Source: Octopus bimaculoides (taxonomy: Eukaryota). Taken from it: DNA of 64,000 nt. This document shows, in pieces, positions 50,500 to 63,180 of the stretch (its first letter is position 1; every line of letters starts with the position of its first letter). The stretch covers positions 1,552,250 through 1,616,249 of the forward strand of contig NC_068986.1 in assembly GCF_001194135.2 (NCBI RefSeq), given 5' to 3'. Under the pieces are notes generated by a model. The model was not told the DNA's origin. It did no database searches and saw nothing but the letters and a program-made list of their open reading frames with translations. Both the position numbers and the translations under genes were made by a program.

Positions 50500-50933
50500 A
50501 GGTTACATTGTGCACAAATCTTTGAGAGTCTGCAATGATCAGAGATATTCTTGGACAAGATTCTTATACCTACTTGACACAGTTTAGCCGGCAGGAAATG
50601 GAATTATGCAATTACAAAACCAAAAAACAACACAGCACCCTTGACATTCAGAAACATTTTTGCTCAGAAGTGCTGAAGCATGGAATAAACAATTTGCTTC
50701 AGTTGTTAGCTGTCAGAACACAACATCCTTCAAAATTTCCAATCTTACCAAAATTCACCAACCGTACACCCAACGCCCCCCCCCTTTTTTTCTTTAAAGC
50801 AAAAAACCAATTCATTCAGTGTTCACACCCTGGGACTTATGCTGTGTATTGTCCGTGCACTTCTGACTACTTTTCCTGATGGGTTGTAGTGCACCTAAGC
50901 ACTGTATACAACAAGTTCATTGTTATTATTATT
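50500..50933 (+). mobile_element. CR1-clade LINE 3' end (same family as 46960-47252)
   Basis: KQHSTLDIQKHF...(E)AWNK...SVVSCQNTTSFK; same 3' UTR with an (ATT)n tail. Confidence 0.75.
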
Positions 50934-51317
50934 TACATGAAATAACAAACGATTGAGTAAGAATTAAAAAGGCAGGACTTCTGTTAATGTTTCAAAGACA
51001 ATTCATCTAGAATAAAGATGTGGTTGCTGTTGTTGTTGTGGTTTAGCCGAAAGCTAGATTTGATTGAGCAGCTCTATGAATATAACCACCTCTAAATGGT
51101 GGACCATTCCGACATGGATGAAACTATCCTTCAATACTTCTGAATTTTCTGAACCTAATTATCAATTACATGTCACATCATAACCAGGAGCCCTCAGCCC
51201 AAATCTGCACTGATCCCATAAACAGAGCAGTCTTAAACACCATCTTCTGTTCACAGCAATTTTGACTTTCTCAACAACACAAGGTCAATACCACAACACA
51301 TCAAGGACACACATAAG

Positions 51318-51397
<80 letters not shown>

Positions 51398-51400
<3 letters not shown>

Positions 51401-51575
51401 GAGAATATACAAATAATAACAACAGACGAGGACAGGTGGTGTAAATAACAAAAGGATGTATTAGTATGACGCTCGGGAATACGGAAAGTCTTTGACGTTT
51501 CGAGCTACGCTCTTCAACAGAAAGAATACGGAGACAAGGAGAAAAACACAGAGAAAAAAAATGAATATACATATA
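51398..51575 (-). mobile_element. Penelope-like terminal-repeat fragment with hammerhead variant
   Basis: CpG-rich unit abutting a long (TA)n at 51320-51397; contains the motif below. PLE assignment is inferred from the ribozyme type. Confidence 0.5.
51489..51525 (-). ncRNA. Minimal type-I hammerhead-like motif with A6U core substitution
   Basis: Minus strand TCTTT-CTGTTGA-A-GAGC-GTA-GCTC-GAAA-CGTC-AAAGA: stem I TCTTT/AAAGA, stem II GAGC/GCTC, ACGT palindrome, GUC site. Confidence 0.6.
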
Positions 51576-51605
51576 TATACATACTTATTTATCTGTGTGT
51601 GTGTG

Positions 51606-51997
51606 TTTCTTTACTTGTTTCATTGGATTGTGGCCATGCTGGGGCACTGCCCTGAAGGGTTTTAGTTCAAGGAATTAATCCCACTATTTTTCTTTTTTTT
51701 TGTAAACCTGGTACTAATTCTATTGGTCTCTTTTATTGAATTGCTATGTTATGGAATAGTAAACACACCAATACTGGTTGTCAAGCAGTGGTGGGGAGGA
51801 CAAAAACACACACACACACACACACCACACACATACACACACAGATACATACATATAACATGTTTCAGTTTCCATCTACCAAATCCACTCACAAGGCATT
51901 GGTTGGCCTGAGAAGACGTTTGCCCACCATGCGGTGCAACGGAACCTGGAACCATGTCGTTGGGAAGCAAGCTTCTTACCAACAGCCATGCCTGCAC
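51606..51997 (-). mobile_element. SINE family A, full length
   Basis: Complete reverse complement from head to 3' end. Confidence 0.8.
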
Positions 51998-52278
51998 TTA
52001 TACATACATACACACATACATACATACATACTCACACACATATATATGTAATACATACACACACATATGTAAGAATATATAAATATATAAGTATATATGT
52101 ATGTATACTTGTATGTATGTATGTATGTATGTATGTATGTATGTATGTGTAGACAAAAGGCAGCAGGCTGGCAATTATTAGCAAATTGGACAAAATGCTG
52201 AGTGGCATCTCCACCAGGAATGTAAATGAACTAACACTGGCTATAAATAGTGGGGGGGGGGTCAGACACAAACACAAA

Positions 52279-52317
<39 letters not shown>

Positions 52318-53135
52318 GCTGACAGGCTCATTTCAGTTTTTGTCTATCAAATTCACTCAGAAGGCTTTGGTTTGCCTGGTGCTATAATAGAAGACACTTA
52401 ACCAATGTACCACACAGTGGGACTGAACTCAAAGCCAATTGGTTGGGAAGCAAACTTCTTACCACACAGCCATTATATCAATTAATGAATAACAAAAAAA
52501 AAATGGAATTACATAATCACTGTTATTACCTTACACCTGTTTCTGTTATAGTAAACTTGCACGCAAAGCTAATTGCTTCTACATCTTATAGCTTTCTTGG
52601 AGCCATTTTAAAAAATGTACATTCATTATGGGAAGCATTTAAATACCTAGATTTGATTACCAATATAACCCTGTATAATATAGTTTGGTAGCTCAGTCTG
52701 AGTTGATTTAATTGTGAGTGTCTATAAGTGATTATTGCTGTATATTTGTAGTTATATCTGTATATGTATGTGTAGATATATGTGTTTATTATATCAGTGT
52801 CTGAATATATATGTATATGTACATGTGTGTATATCTCTGTGTATTTGTTTATGCATGTGTATGTATATAAACACACACACACTTGTGTGTATGTATGTAT
52901 ATGTATAGTCGTTAACTCTTATCTTTCAGTGGTTTCCATCATTAGACAGTAACCATGGTGGTTGTGTACTACCTTTAAGAGTTTTAGTTAATCATATCGA
53001 CAATGGTAGTTAATCCAGTTTAAGTGCTTATTTTATTGATTTCTTTTTACTAAGTTAACATTTTTGATGAAAGGACAAACTCAACGTCAATTTACACCAC
53101 TAAAGAAAATCTCAAACAAGAACACAGACACACAT

Positions 53136-53759
53136 AGATATAGCTTAAGCAGCCTAACGGGCAGTGAAGGTAGGTGCTCTGAAAGCATAAGAAGTAGAAT
53201 AAGGACAGTGTGGGCCAAGTTCATTGATTTGTTATTTCTGCAGGCATCAAGGGGATTCTGTCTCCAAGTGAAGATTAGGTTGTATGCTACTTGTCTGATG
53301 TGCAATGCTGCATGGTATCAAGACATGGGCATGGAATTCAGAGGACATTACATATCTGTGCTCTGCTGAATATGTAAGATTTGTGGCTCGGAACAATGTT
53401 TCACAGATGAAACGAGAAATAAACTGGGTATCTGAGGAATCACTTGTAGTGTACAAGTACAATGACTATATTGATATGGACTTGTGATGCAAATGGATGA
53501 TAACAGATGGATAAATAAATGCCAGGAGATCCAAGTGGAAAGTAACAGTGGAAGAGGAAGACTAAGAGCTAAAGAAGATATTGGCAGAAGTAGTGGAAAC
53601 TGATTTCAGGATGATGAATCTCATAAAGAAAATGACAAAAGAATGCAACAAATGGTGAGACACTGTATTGGGAAGGACTCATCAAGTCCAAACATGCATG
53701 GAAAAAGCAGATGTAAAAATGATGAAAATTATGATGATGATGATGATGATGATGATGAT
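53136..53759 (+). mobile_element. RTE-clade LINE 3' fragment with (GAT)n tail
   Basis: EGRCSESIRSRIRTVWAKFIDLLFLQASRGFCLQVKIRLYATC matches RTE AR.R.AW.KFRELL..L..+G.SL+VKG+LY.AC; also SGRGR. The tail gtccaaacatgcatggaaaaagcagatgtaaaa(atg)n is homologous to the family D tail. Confidence 0.8.
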
Positions 53760-53839
53760 ATATGTGTGTGTAAAAGAATGTTTGGTTTTACAAATGGGGA
53801 GGAAGAGAAGTCAATATTTACAGCAGAGAATATAACAAT

Positions 53840-53995
53840 AATAATAACAAACTAATTGTATACAGAGCTCAGGTGCACCACAACTCATCAGGAAAAGAAG
53901 CCCAGACTGTATGAACAGCATTAGTTACTTTTTCTGATGAGTTGTAGTACACCATAGTACTGTATACAATAAGTTCAATATTATTATTATTATTA
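53840..53995. repeat. Two CR1 3' tails joined back-to-back as an inverted repeat
   Basis: Left arm attgtatacagagctcaggtgcaccacaactcatcagg (53855-92) vs right arm tctgatgagttgtagtacaccatagtactgtatacaat (53933-70); (AAT)n on the left, (ATT)n on the right. Confidence 0.75.
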
Positions 53996-54007
53996 TTATT
54001 ATTATTT

Positions 54008-54240
54008 GCCAGGCGAGATACTTGGTGGTATTTAGTCTGCAGCTATGTTCTGAGTTCAAATTCCCCCAAGATCAGCTTTGCCTTTCATCCTTTAAGGATA
54101 CCAGTGACACCCATGCCAGTGACATGTAAAAAGCACCCATTACACTCTTGGAGTTGCTGGCACTAGGAAAAGCATCCAGCTGTAGAAAACATGCCAGATC
54201 AGACTGGAATTCTGGTAATTGACAGAGAACACCACTGGAA
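54008..54240 (+). mobile_element. SINE-B fragment (54008-54110) joined to a family D fragment (54110-54240)
   Basis: ttctgagttcaaattcc...gcctttcatcc, then atgtaaaaagcacccattacactc...aaagcatccagctgtagaaaac. Confidence 0.7.
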
Positions 54241-54396
54241 AATACGAAAACTAAAAGAAGCAACACATATGCTAGGACACAACAACCTCATAAGCAGACT
54301 GAGTGCAGATATGAACATCATATGGGAACTGGTATTAAGGAAGGATAGGAGAATATTAGATTTGTAAGCCGTAAAATTCACTCCATAATTGCCCAC

Positions 54397-54489
54397 AGGC
54401 ATATGGCGCAGTGGTTAAAAGCATGGCCTACTAACCCCTAGATTCCAAGTTTGATTCCAGGCAGTGACCTGAATAATAATAATGATGAT

Positions 54490-54526
<37 letters not shown>

Positions 54527-54674
54527 TCAAAAAATACCTTAGAAATGAGAACCCAGGTTCAAAATTTCCTCAAGACACCTGATGAAGGTTGGAGGGTATA
54601 TCAGCCAAAACGTGTTAACAACAAACAAGATGAGGACAAATATCCGTCAAATGTAAATAATGTAAATAATGTAA
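54397..54674 (+). mobile_element. tRNA-headed SINE family E, uninterrupted copy with decayed hammerhead (54574-54616)
   Basis: A-box TGGCGCAGTGG (54404-14), B-box GTTTGATTCC (54449-58), (AAT)n, then GACAC-CTGATGA-A-GGTTG...CAGCC-AAAA-CGTGTT (GAAA lost its G; 3-nt deletion). Confidence 0.8.
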
Positions 54675-55283
54675 TAAGATAGGGTTGAAAATAGGCTAAA
54701 TTTTCATACACATGTATATTTGTTTGAATAAAACAAGTTATACACTTTAAGCATAGAAGGAGATATTTCTATTATATATAAAATACAAAGATATATGTTT
54801 GCATAACAAATGTTTCCATATAACAGTTTTACTGCAAAAATGTTAGAGCATGTTTTTACAGGGTAAGTTTTACACACACAAACAAACAAACCAAAGAGAG
54901 AGAATTGTATATTACTGAAAAGTTTTTGTACAGGCAAAAGTCTATGTACAAAAAAAGTTTTCATATAAAAAAGACTTAGTGTAAAAAAATGTTTCACTGA
55001 ATAAATTTGTGTGTATGTTGTAGGCAAAATAAGTTTTGCAGATGAAGAAAATCACATTCTACTGACCAGCTTTCTCTGTCGTTCAGCTTATCAAAGTTTA
55101 AAGCAGTTTATTTTCAATGCATTTTCAGATCGTGTATATATATTTATTCTGGCATTCATACAAACAGATAAATAAACACAACTACATGTATGCATACAAA
55201 TGGACTTTGAATGATTAACAATACACACAAGGATTTTAGATTTTGGAAATTCACATAAGCATAAAGACACAAAATATATACAT

Positions 55284-55447
55284 AGTAGCTATGTGGTAAG
55301 TAGCTTGCTTACCAACCACATGGTTCAGGGTTCAGTCCCACTGTGTGGCACCTTGGGCAAGTGTCTTCTAATATAGCCTCGGGCTGACCAAAGCCTTATG
55401 AGTGGATTTGGTAGACGGAAACTGAAAGAAGCCCGTTGTATATATGC

Positions 55448-55500
<53 letters not shown>

Positions 55501-55567
55501 TATGTTTGTCCAACATCGCTTGACAACTGATGCTGGTGTGTTTACATCCCCCTAACTTAGTGGTTTC
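55284..55567 (+). mobile_element. SINE family A, 3'-truncated young copy
   Basis: gctatgtggtaagtagcttgcttaccaaccacatggttcagggttcagtcccactg...ggtagacggaaactgaaagaagcccg. Confidence 0.85.
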
Positions 55568-55876
55568 TTCTTTCTTATATGTGTGTCTCTCCTTACTAAC
55601 GCTCTGCCATTTTATACAAAATGGCAGATAGTTAGTAAGGAGAGACACAAAAAAGAAAGACGAAAGCAAAGGATCATTGATAAGGTCACAGAAGTGTAAC
55701 GAAAGAACTCTGGCCGAAATTCAATTAATTATAAAATAAAACTGAAGAAAATGAATACCAAATATATAGTACGTGTGTTTCCATTGGCTAAACTGGCAAC
55801 ATGACCATCTCCAAATACAACAATATCTGTTTCAACACACAAATTCACATCAAGAATCTTGCAAAATGAGTACATC

Positions 55877-55968
<92 letters not shown>

Positions 55969-56595
55969 TAGATAGATAGATATATATATGGTTTATATAT
56001 GCATTTCTGAGTTGATGAGCATGGTACACACCAAGGAAGGCATCCCATGCATACCAACAGGGAAAAGTGAGCATAAAATTATGATGATTTTCATATATGT
56101 TTGTGTGTATGTGCGTATGTATGTGTGTGCATGTACATGTGAGTGTATATGTGTGTGTGTGTGTGTGTGCGAGTGCCTGTGTGCATGAGTGCATGTGTGT
56201 GCTTGTCTGTATGCAAAAGATTATTTTTGTATCAGTACACTTTGGAAAGCACTCAGATTTCTTGAAGTCTGTTCCTATTGCAGGCATTAATTTGTCTTTA
56301 AACAAAACAGTTTAAAGCCTCTCCTCTCTTCATCCCCCTCCTATACTTCAACAGTGATATGCAATTAGTACCATGCGGTTTGTGAGTATCCAATGCCTCT
56401 TCAGCTAAATTGTCTTCTTTCCCTAGGCAACCACCACCACCACCGCCACCACCACTACCATTAATATCTTCACTACAGCCATGACTGCCACCACAATTAC
56501 AAATTATCTATTACCTTGCTATAATCACCAATCATTATTACTATTGTTGCCATTGTTGGCATCGTCGTCATCATCATCATCATCATCACCATCAT

Positions 56596-56627
<32 letters not shown>

Positions 56628-57924
56628 TCGCCTGTTTACGAATAAGTGATCACAATTCATCGGCTGAGTATATGATTTCCAAAATTACCCTATTATCCTA
56701 CATGTGTGTGTGTGTGTGTGTGTTTATGTATGCATGTATATATGTATATATATATATGTATATATATGTATATATATAGGTGTGGGCATGGCTATAGGTG
56801 CATGCATAGCTGTGTGGTTAAGATGCTCAATTCTCAGTGCTATGATTTCAGCTTCAGTCCTACATTATGGAACCTCGGGCTGACCAAAGTCTTGGGAGTG
56901 GATCTGGTAGATAGAAACTGAAAGAAGTCGTTTTCTTTCAGAAAAATTCTACTCTTCATGCACATTTTATATCCTCCATTATTACATTATATGTGTGTAT
57001 GTGTATGTGTGCATGTGTGTGTGTGTGTGTATGTGTGTGCAGTTGATATTCCTAACTGTCAACTATAGAGAACACTATAAATTAGCTCCTTTAATAACAC
57101 ACATACATTTTCATATACAGAAATGTTTGCAAAATCCTCATTACATATGCAAAATACCATTTCATGATTTTGTACTGACTAATGGAAGTATATCACAGGT
57201 ACCAAATATATAACACCTGATTCATATTTAGACACACTATGACAACATATATTCTGTGTAAATTCTGATTTGGTGTTGTTTTGGTGTTAGAGAAAATTGA
57301 AGGTGTTAGCCATGCCTCCATAGATTTCTATAAACAATGAATAATATATTCACAAAACTGAGATGTTACCAACATAACACTCTCAATAATTTAACATATA
57401 TTTCATTTAATTTAGTGATAGCTTATGCAAAACAGTTTGGTAAGAGTTTACCTTTTAGTCTACTCTGCCTTTACATATCAAAAATTGTTTCCTTTGACCT
57501 GAAGTCATCTTATTGAATAGAAATTTAAATAAATAATTCTCATCAGGTCATGAGTCTTATTTCCCAGAATTGTGGACTGTTGAAGAAAAATGTAAGAAAA
57601 AGAAGAGGAATATAATTCCAGCTTGTAATAGCATTTATTGGTTTCCATGTTGGAATTTGCAAAGTTTGGAGAGTTCAAAATATAAGATACTGGAGTCAAT
57701 GAGGGACTATAAGCCAATAAAAAAAAAAACCTTTATGTACAAAAATACAAGGAACAATTCAGTCTATTTCTTATACTTTGAAACTTGGAAACCAAAAATA
57801 TGAAAGCTTAACATGATTGAACATAGAGGATGGGTACTAAGAGATTAGAATTATTGCATAACACAAAAATACCAACAACAATGATAATAATGAGGTTTAT
57901 TAAATGGTTGCAACGAGCAATGAC

Positions 57925-58235
57925 TAATGGATGACTGATCAGTAAAGCCATATGGGAAGACCATAGAGAAATGTAGGTAGAGCATAGGACAGATTGAGTA
58001 TCAGAAAGCTTTTGACAGAGTTCCCTGTACATGAATCTTGGAAACACAAGCCACGAGGAAAATAGCACCAATAATAAGCTGGTATGTAAAACATATTATG
58101 AGTAACTGACAAATAATTCTGTAAAAAACAACACAGAAGAGAGAGTTTAGAGGAGGAATATTCCAAAGGAACTCTTTGTGTCCACTCTTTTTTTCAGTCT
58201 AGCACTCACATCTTTAACTGACACATTACAGTAGA
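57925..58235 (+). mobile_element. R4/Dong-clade RT core fossil
   Basis: LISKAIWED, IEYQKAFDRVPCT*ILET (from 57993; cf. IDYxKAFDSVPHxWI) and GIFQRNSLCPLF (from 58155; cf. GIFQGDSLSPLLF). Confidence 0.8.
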
Positions 58236-59514
58236 ATTTATATACAAACATGAACAATAGTTCAAACACAGTTCACTAGAATTCCAATGCAAATATGAAA
58301 CCTAATATAGACTCATTTCAATAAAATTTGAATGCATAGTTGGAAATGACAATAGCAATAGTTGTATTATAATTGAAAGCCAAATGTAATTGCCTGATTT
58401 AGGTCACACCCGCCCACACACACACACAAAAAGATATGGCAGAGGTATGTTGGGAGTGATAGTACCTCCTTCCTTCACTTTCGTATACATCAAGGAACTG
58501 GTAAGAAGAAGAGTGACATATCTCTGGTCAGACATCCGGCTGGCCTGAAAGCTTGCAACTAAGATGTCATTAAAGCACCCAAGGGCTAGTTGGTGGTGTT
58601 AAAATGGGTAAAGAATGAAAGCTACTACACTAAAATGAACAGGAACAGTCCCTCTTATAAGGTTCCACACAATTTCCCATATATTCTATTAAATTTCCAA
58701 GGTTTAGGTTTAACCAAGACTATAGTACAAAACACTCACTTTTTCAAGGTGCCATACAACAGGACTGAACTCAAAACCACATACCTGCAAAGCAAACTTG
58801 TTAACCACACAAACATTCCTGCATCCAAGACCTTTATACCATTCTCACAAAATTTCCAACTATATTATAGATATGTGAAACCATATGCCATGGTTATTTA
58901 GATTAACATCTTCGACACATAGCCACAGAACATTAGAAGCATTTGTTTCAAACACAGAGTAAAATGCTTCCGAACCAATCGTAAAGAACATTTCTCAGAA
59001 TTCTTTATAGTCGCAATAAACTTTGATTACTAAGTCATCTTCGACATGAATAGCCAAGTCTCAGAGGATGTATTTCAGACATAAAAAAAAACATTAATTA
59101 CAATTTCAAATGACTTCTTCTTCTTTTCTTTTTGTTTTTATTGTAGTTTAAGGTTTCCATTTATATTATTACAGTTCCAGAGAAACATTGCAAAACGGTG
59201 TATCTACAAAAAAAGAAGAAGAATGAGGTCGTAGGAGATGTCATGGCATACAATTACACCGCCTCTTGTACACATCTACCTCAAAGTCACCTGGTTTACA
59301 ACCCTGTTCATTCCTTTTGTATGCATTGAACAAAGCCGGTTTCCTATTTCTAAAACTATTGCAAATTTGTGCCTTTAGCAATGTGACAAAAACTAGCAGA
59401 ATTCTTTTATAACTTTTGTTGTTTGTACACTCACCTAATGTTGGTGTATGATTGTGTGAGACTTAAGAACAGCTGGAAAAGAATGAGAGAGAGAGAGCGA
59501 GAGAGAGAGAGAGA

Positions 59515-59555
<41 letters not shown>

Positions 59556-59658
59556 TGATATATATTCAAACACAGGCAAAACTATATATTCCTGTATTTA
59601 ATTAGTAGTTGTCAGTTTGATAAGATTATGGTGCTGCCAAGTACACACTTGTGTACTA

Positions 59659-59844
59659 CATCATCATCATCATCATCGTTTAACATCCGTTTTCCACGCT
59701 GGCATGGGTTGGACGGTTTGACTGGGGACTGGTAAGCCAGGAGGCTGCACCAGGCTCCTATCTGATATGGCAAGGTTTCTACAGCTGGGTGCCCTTCCTG
59801 ACGTCAACCGCTCCGAGAGTGTAGTGGGTGCTTTTTACGTGCCA
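59659..59844 (-). mobile_element. RTE LINE 3' UTR fragment (family D)
   Basis: (CAT)n-cgtttaacatccgttttccacgctggcatgggttggacgg...ggtgctttttacgtgcc. Confidence 0.8.
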
Positions 59845-60423
59845 GAGTGTATATATATGTATATATACACGCATAAACATACACATGTGTATTATATATA
59901 TGTGCATGTATATATAAGTACAAGTAAAATAGCATGGTTAAGAAGTTCACTTTGCAATCATGCAGATTCTAGTTCAGTCCTGCAACATGAGACCTTACAC
60001 AAGTATTTTCTACTGTACCCTTAAGTTGGCCAATACCCTGGCAGTGATAGTTAATTAGGAGGGGGAAACTGTAGAAGTTGTATATGTGAATGCACACATG
60101 CATGTATGTGTGAGTGGGCATGTGTGTATGTAAGTGTGTGTATACATATATATTTGTGTATGTATGTGTGTGTGTATGAGTGTATGAGTTTGTCTATATC
60201 CTTGTTTGCATTTATATTTACCTTATGTAAAAGTTGCATCTCTTTATGCTAAATCTAAAGAGGTGACTTGGCCATTAGACAAACAGTAACCAATAAAATA
60301 TGTATCTGAAATAATCACTGAGGTTGATAAGACCAACTAAAACAAGCATGTATGATGGATAGTGCTCCAGTGTGGCCACAGTGCAATGATAGAAATCAGC
60401 AAAATACTAAAATAATACAGACA

Positions 60424-60836
60424 TAGGTATGGCTGTGTAGTTAAGAAGCTTGCTTCCCAACAGTATGGTTTGGGGTTCAGTCCCACTGTGTGGCACCTTG
60501 GACAAGTCTTCTATTATAGTCCCAGGCTGACTAATGCTTTGTGAGAGAATTTGGTAGAGAAAAACTGTGTAGAAGCCTGTTGTATATATATTTGCATGTG
60601 TGTGTGTGTGTGTGTGCTTCTGTGTGAGTTTGTACTCTCCTTCACACCATTTGATAACCAGTATTGGTTTGTTTACATCTCTGTAACTTAGAGGTTTGAC
60701 AACAGAGACCAATAGAACAAGTATCAAATTTAAAAATCAAACATAAGTATTGGGCTCAATTTTTTTGATGAAACCCTCCATTAAGGCACCTCAAGGTAGC
60801 CACAATCCAATGACTGAACGAGCAAAAGATAAAAGA
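60424..60836 (+). mobile_element. SINE family A, full length (diverged)
   Basis: Head, core, internal (TG)n and 3' end all recognisable. Confidence 0.75.
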
Positions 60837-61463
60837 TGACATATAAATGTGTGTGTGTGTGTGTTTGTGTGAGTATGTATGAGTATGTGTGTGTATATGT
60901 GTATGTGTAAAAAGGAAACACTTTCCTTTTCAAATATTAAAGCAGACATTAAAGGACAAGACTATGTTTGGGTTTGATCTTTTTATTAAAATTTTCATAT
61001 TTTCTTATCAGTTTTTTTTTTAATATTTAGTTTAGATAATATATTTCCTAAATCCATTAATCCACTAATATTTCAAGACATCAATACTGTAATGGGTTTA
61101 GGAACATTCTATCATGAGAAGAGAGTGTTTCTAATAATGGTGTTTGGTTCTCACACTTTGCAGGTTGCACAGAATCATGGGAGTTGTGTTATAATTGATG
61201 GAACCTATCTCAGATTTATTCTGCTGATGAGACTGTGAGGATTTCGAAATGTTTATGGTCTAATGCTGTTTTCCAATACTAAACCTAAGGGACTAATATT
61301 GAAATATCAAAAACATTTTCCTCAAAGTCAAATATACTCATATCTTTAATATATGTTATGCATGTATGCATGTATGTATGCATGTACATACACACACACA
61401 CACATAAAGAATATATTTGTATATGTATGTATGTGTGTATGTATGTATGTATGTATGTATGTA

Positions 61464-61525
<62 letters not shown>

Positions 61526-61892
61526 TATTTATATATATATATCAGTTAGTAATTCATCTATCCGAAAAGAGGCACACTCTAACACACACATGCACACATA
61601 TTGATTGTATGATTGATTAATTGATTGATTGATTGATTGAATGGAGTAGTATTCATTTATGTCTTCATGAAATCCAGAATTTATTTTTAGAAAGATAAAT
61701 TTTCCATCACAGTTTAAATATGCAGAAATTGTCACCGACAGCAGCAGTCGCACCACTATCAATATCCTTGGGGTCATCATTATACACAGAGGCCAATTTT
61801 TCTAGGGGAAGAGTATAATTGATTGTATTGAAACCAGTATATTATTGGTTCTTTATTTGCTGTGGTTTGAGAAAGATTAACCTGCTATACAA

Positions 61893-62067
61893 CCATCATC
61901 ATTATAATCATTTAACATCCATATTCCATATTGGTATGGGTTGGATAATTCGACAGGGTCTGATTGATCCAAGGGCTGAACTGTGCCCCAGTGTCTACTT
62001 TGGCATGGTTACTATAGCCAGATATTCTTTTTAACACCACTTTACTGCATGTATTCGGTGCTTTTTC
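61893..62067 (-). mobile_element. RTE LINE 3' UTR fragment (family D), diverged
   Basis: catcatc...atttaacatccatattccatattggtatgggttgga. Confidence 0.6.
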
Positions 62068-62653
62068 CTTGCCTTCAGCCCTAGTGATCTACCAAATTTG
62101 ATCTTGATCTACTAAATTTGATCTTGATCTGCCAAATTCACTCACAAGGTATTGGTCAACCTGAGATGACAGCTATAGTAGGAAACAACTTGCTCAAGGT
62201 GCCATGCAGTGAAACTGAACTAAAAACCATGCAGTTGTGAAGAGAACTTCTCAGCCACATGGTGATGTCTGATCCTTAGTCAAGCCTGCAACTGGTTGTG
62301 TTTGTAAATCTTTTGATTAGAGACTAAAAAGGTTCAAATATTTGGTTTTGACAAACACAACTGGAAACAATCATTATTCAAAACCATTAAGGATAAAATC
62401 TCTTGAGAAATAATTTGGCAGAAAACTGAAAGGAACTTCATTTTCATGAAAGGCTTCTGTTTAAAATGACATTATTATTGTTTTCAAGATAAAAATATAA
62501 AATAAAACTTCAGGTGTGGCTGCGTGGAAGGAGGTTTGCTTCCTAACCACATGGCTTTAGGTTCAGTCTCACTGTATGAGACTGTACCCAAAATTATAGC
62601 CTCAAGACAACCAGAACCTTGTGAGTCAATTTGGTAGACAGAAACTGGTACAA

Positions 62654-62889
62654 GGTAGCAAGCTGGCAGAAATGTTAGCACGCTGGGCGAAATGCTTAGC
62701 GGTATTTCGTCTGCAGTTACATTCTGAGTTCAAATTCCGCTGAGGTCGACTTTACCTTTCATCCTTTTGGGGTCGATAAATTAAGTACCAGTTACACACT
62801 GTGGTGGATGTAATCGACTTAATCCCTTTGTCTGTCCTTGTTTGTCCCCTCTATGTTTAGCCCCTTGTGAGCAATAAAGAAATAAGAAA
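62654..62889 (+). mobile_element. SINE family B variant, full length
   Basis: gctggcagaaatgttagcacgctgggcgaaatgcttagcggtatttcgtc...gagttcaaattccgctgaggtcgac...aataaagaaataagaaa. Confidence 0.85.
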
Positions 62890-62903
62890 CTGATACATGT
62901 GTA

Positions 62904-62959
<56 letters not shown>

Positions 62960-62989
62960 TGTGTGTGTGTGTGTTAATGTTTGTTCCCT

Positions 62990-63180
62990 CCCCACTGTTT
63001 GACAACTGGTGCTGGTTTGTTTACATTCCCACCACTTAGCAAGTTCAGTAAAACAGACTGATACAATAAGTATGAAATTAAAAAATGTACTGGGGTCACT
63101 TTGTTTGACTAAACCCTTCAAGGCAGTGCTCCAGTATGGCTGTAGTCCAATAACTGAAACAAGTAAAAGATAAAAGGAAA
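62990..63180 (+). mobile_element. SINE family A, 3' half
   Basis: ttgacaactggtgctggtttgtttac...aaggcagtgctccagtatggctgtagtccaataactgaaac. Confidence 0.75.

Noticed and set aside
46960-50933. Inverted ends at 46960 and 50933 as TIRs of a 4-kb DNA transposon
   Set aside because: Each end is attached to CR1 coding sequence and an ATT tail, so these are two independent LINE 3' ends.
61221-61260. CTGATGA...TTCGAAATG hammerhead-like spacing
   Set aside because: Stem II has only 2 bp and there is no stem I complement; at best a decayed relic.
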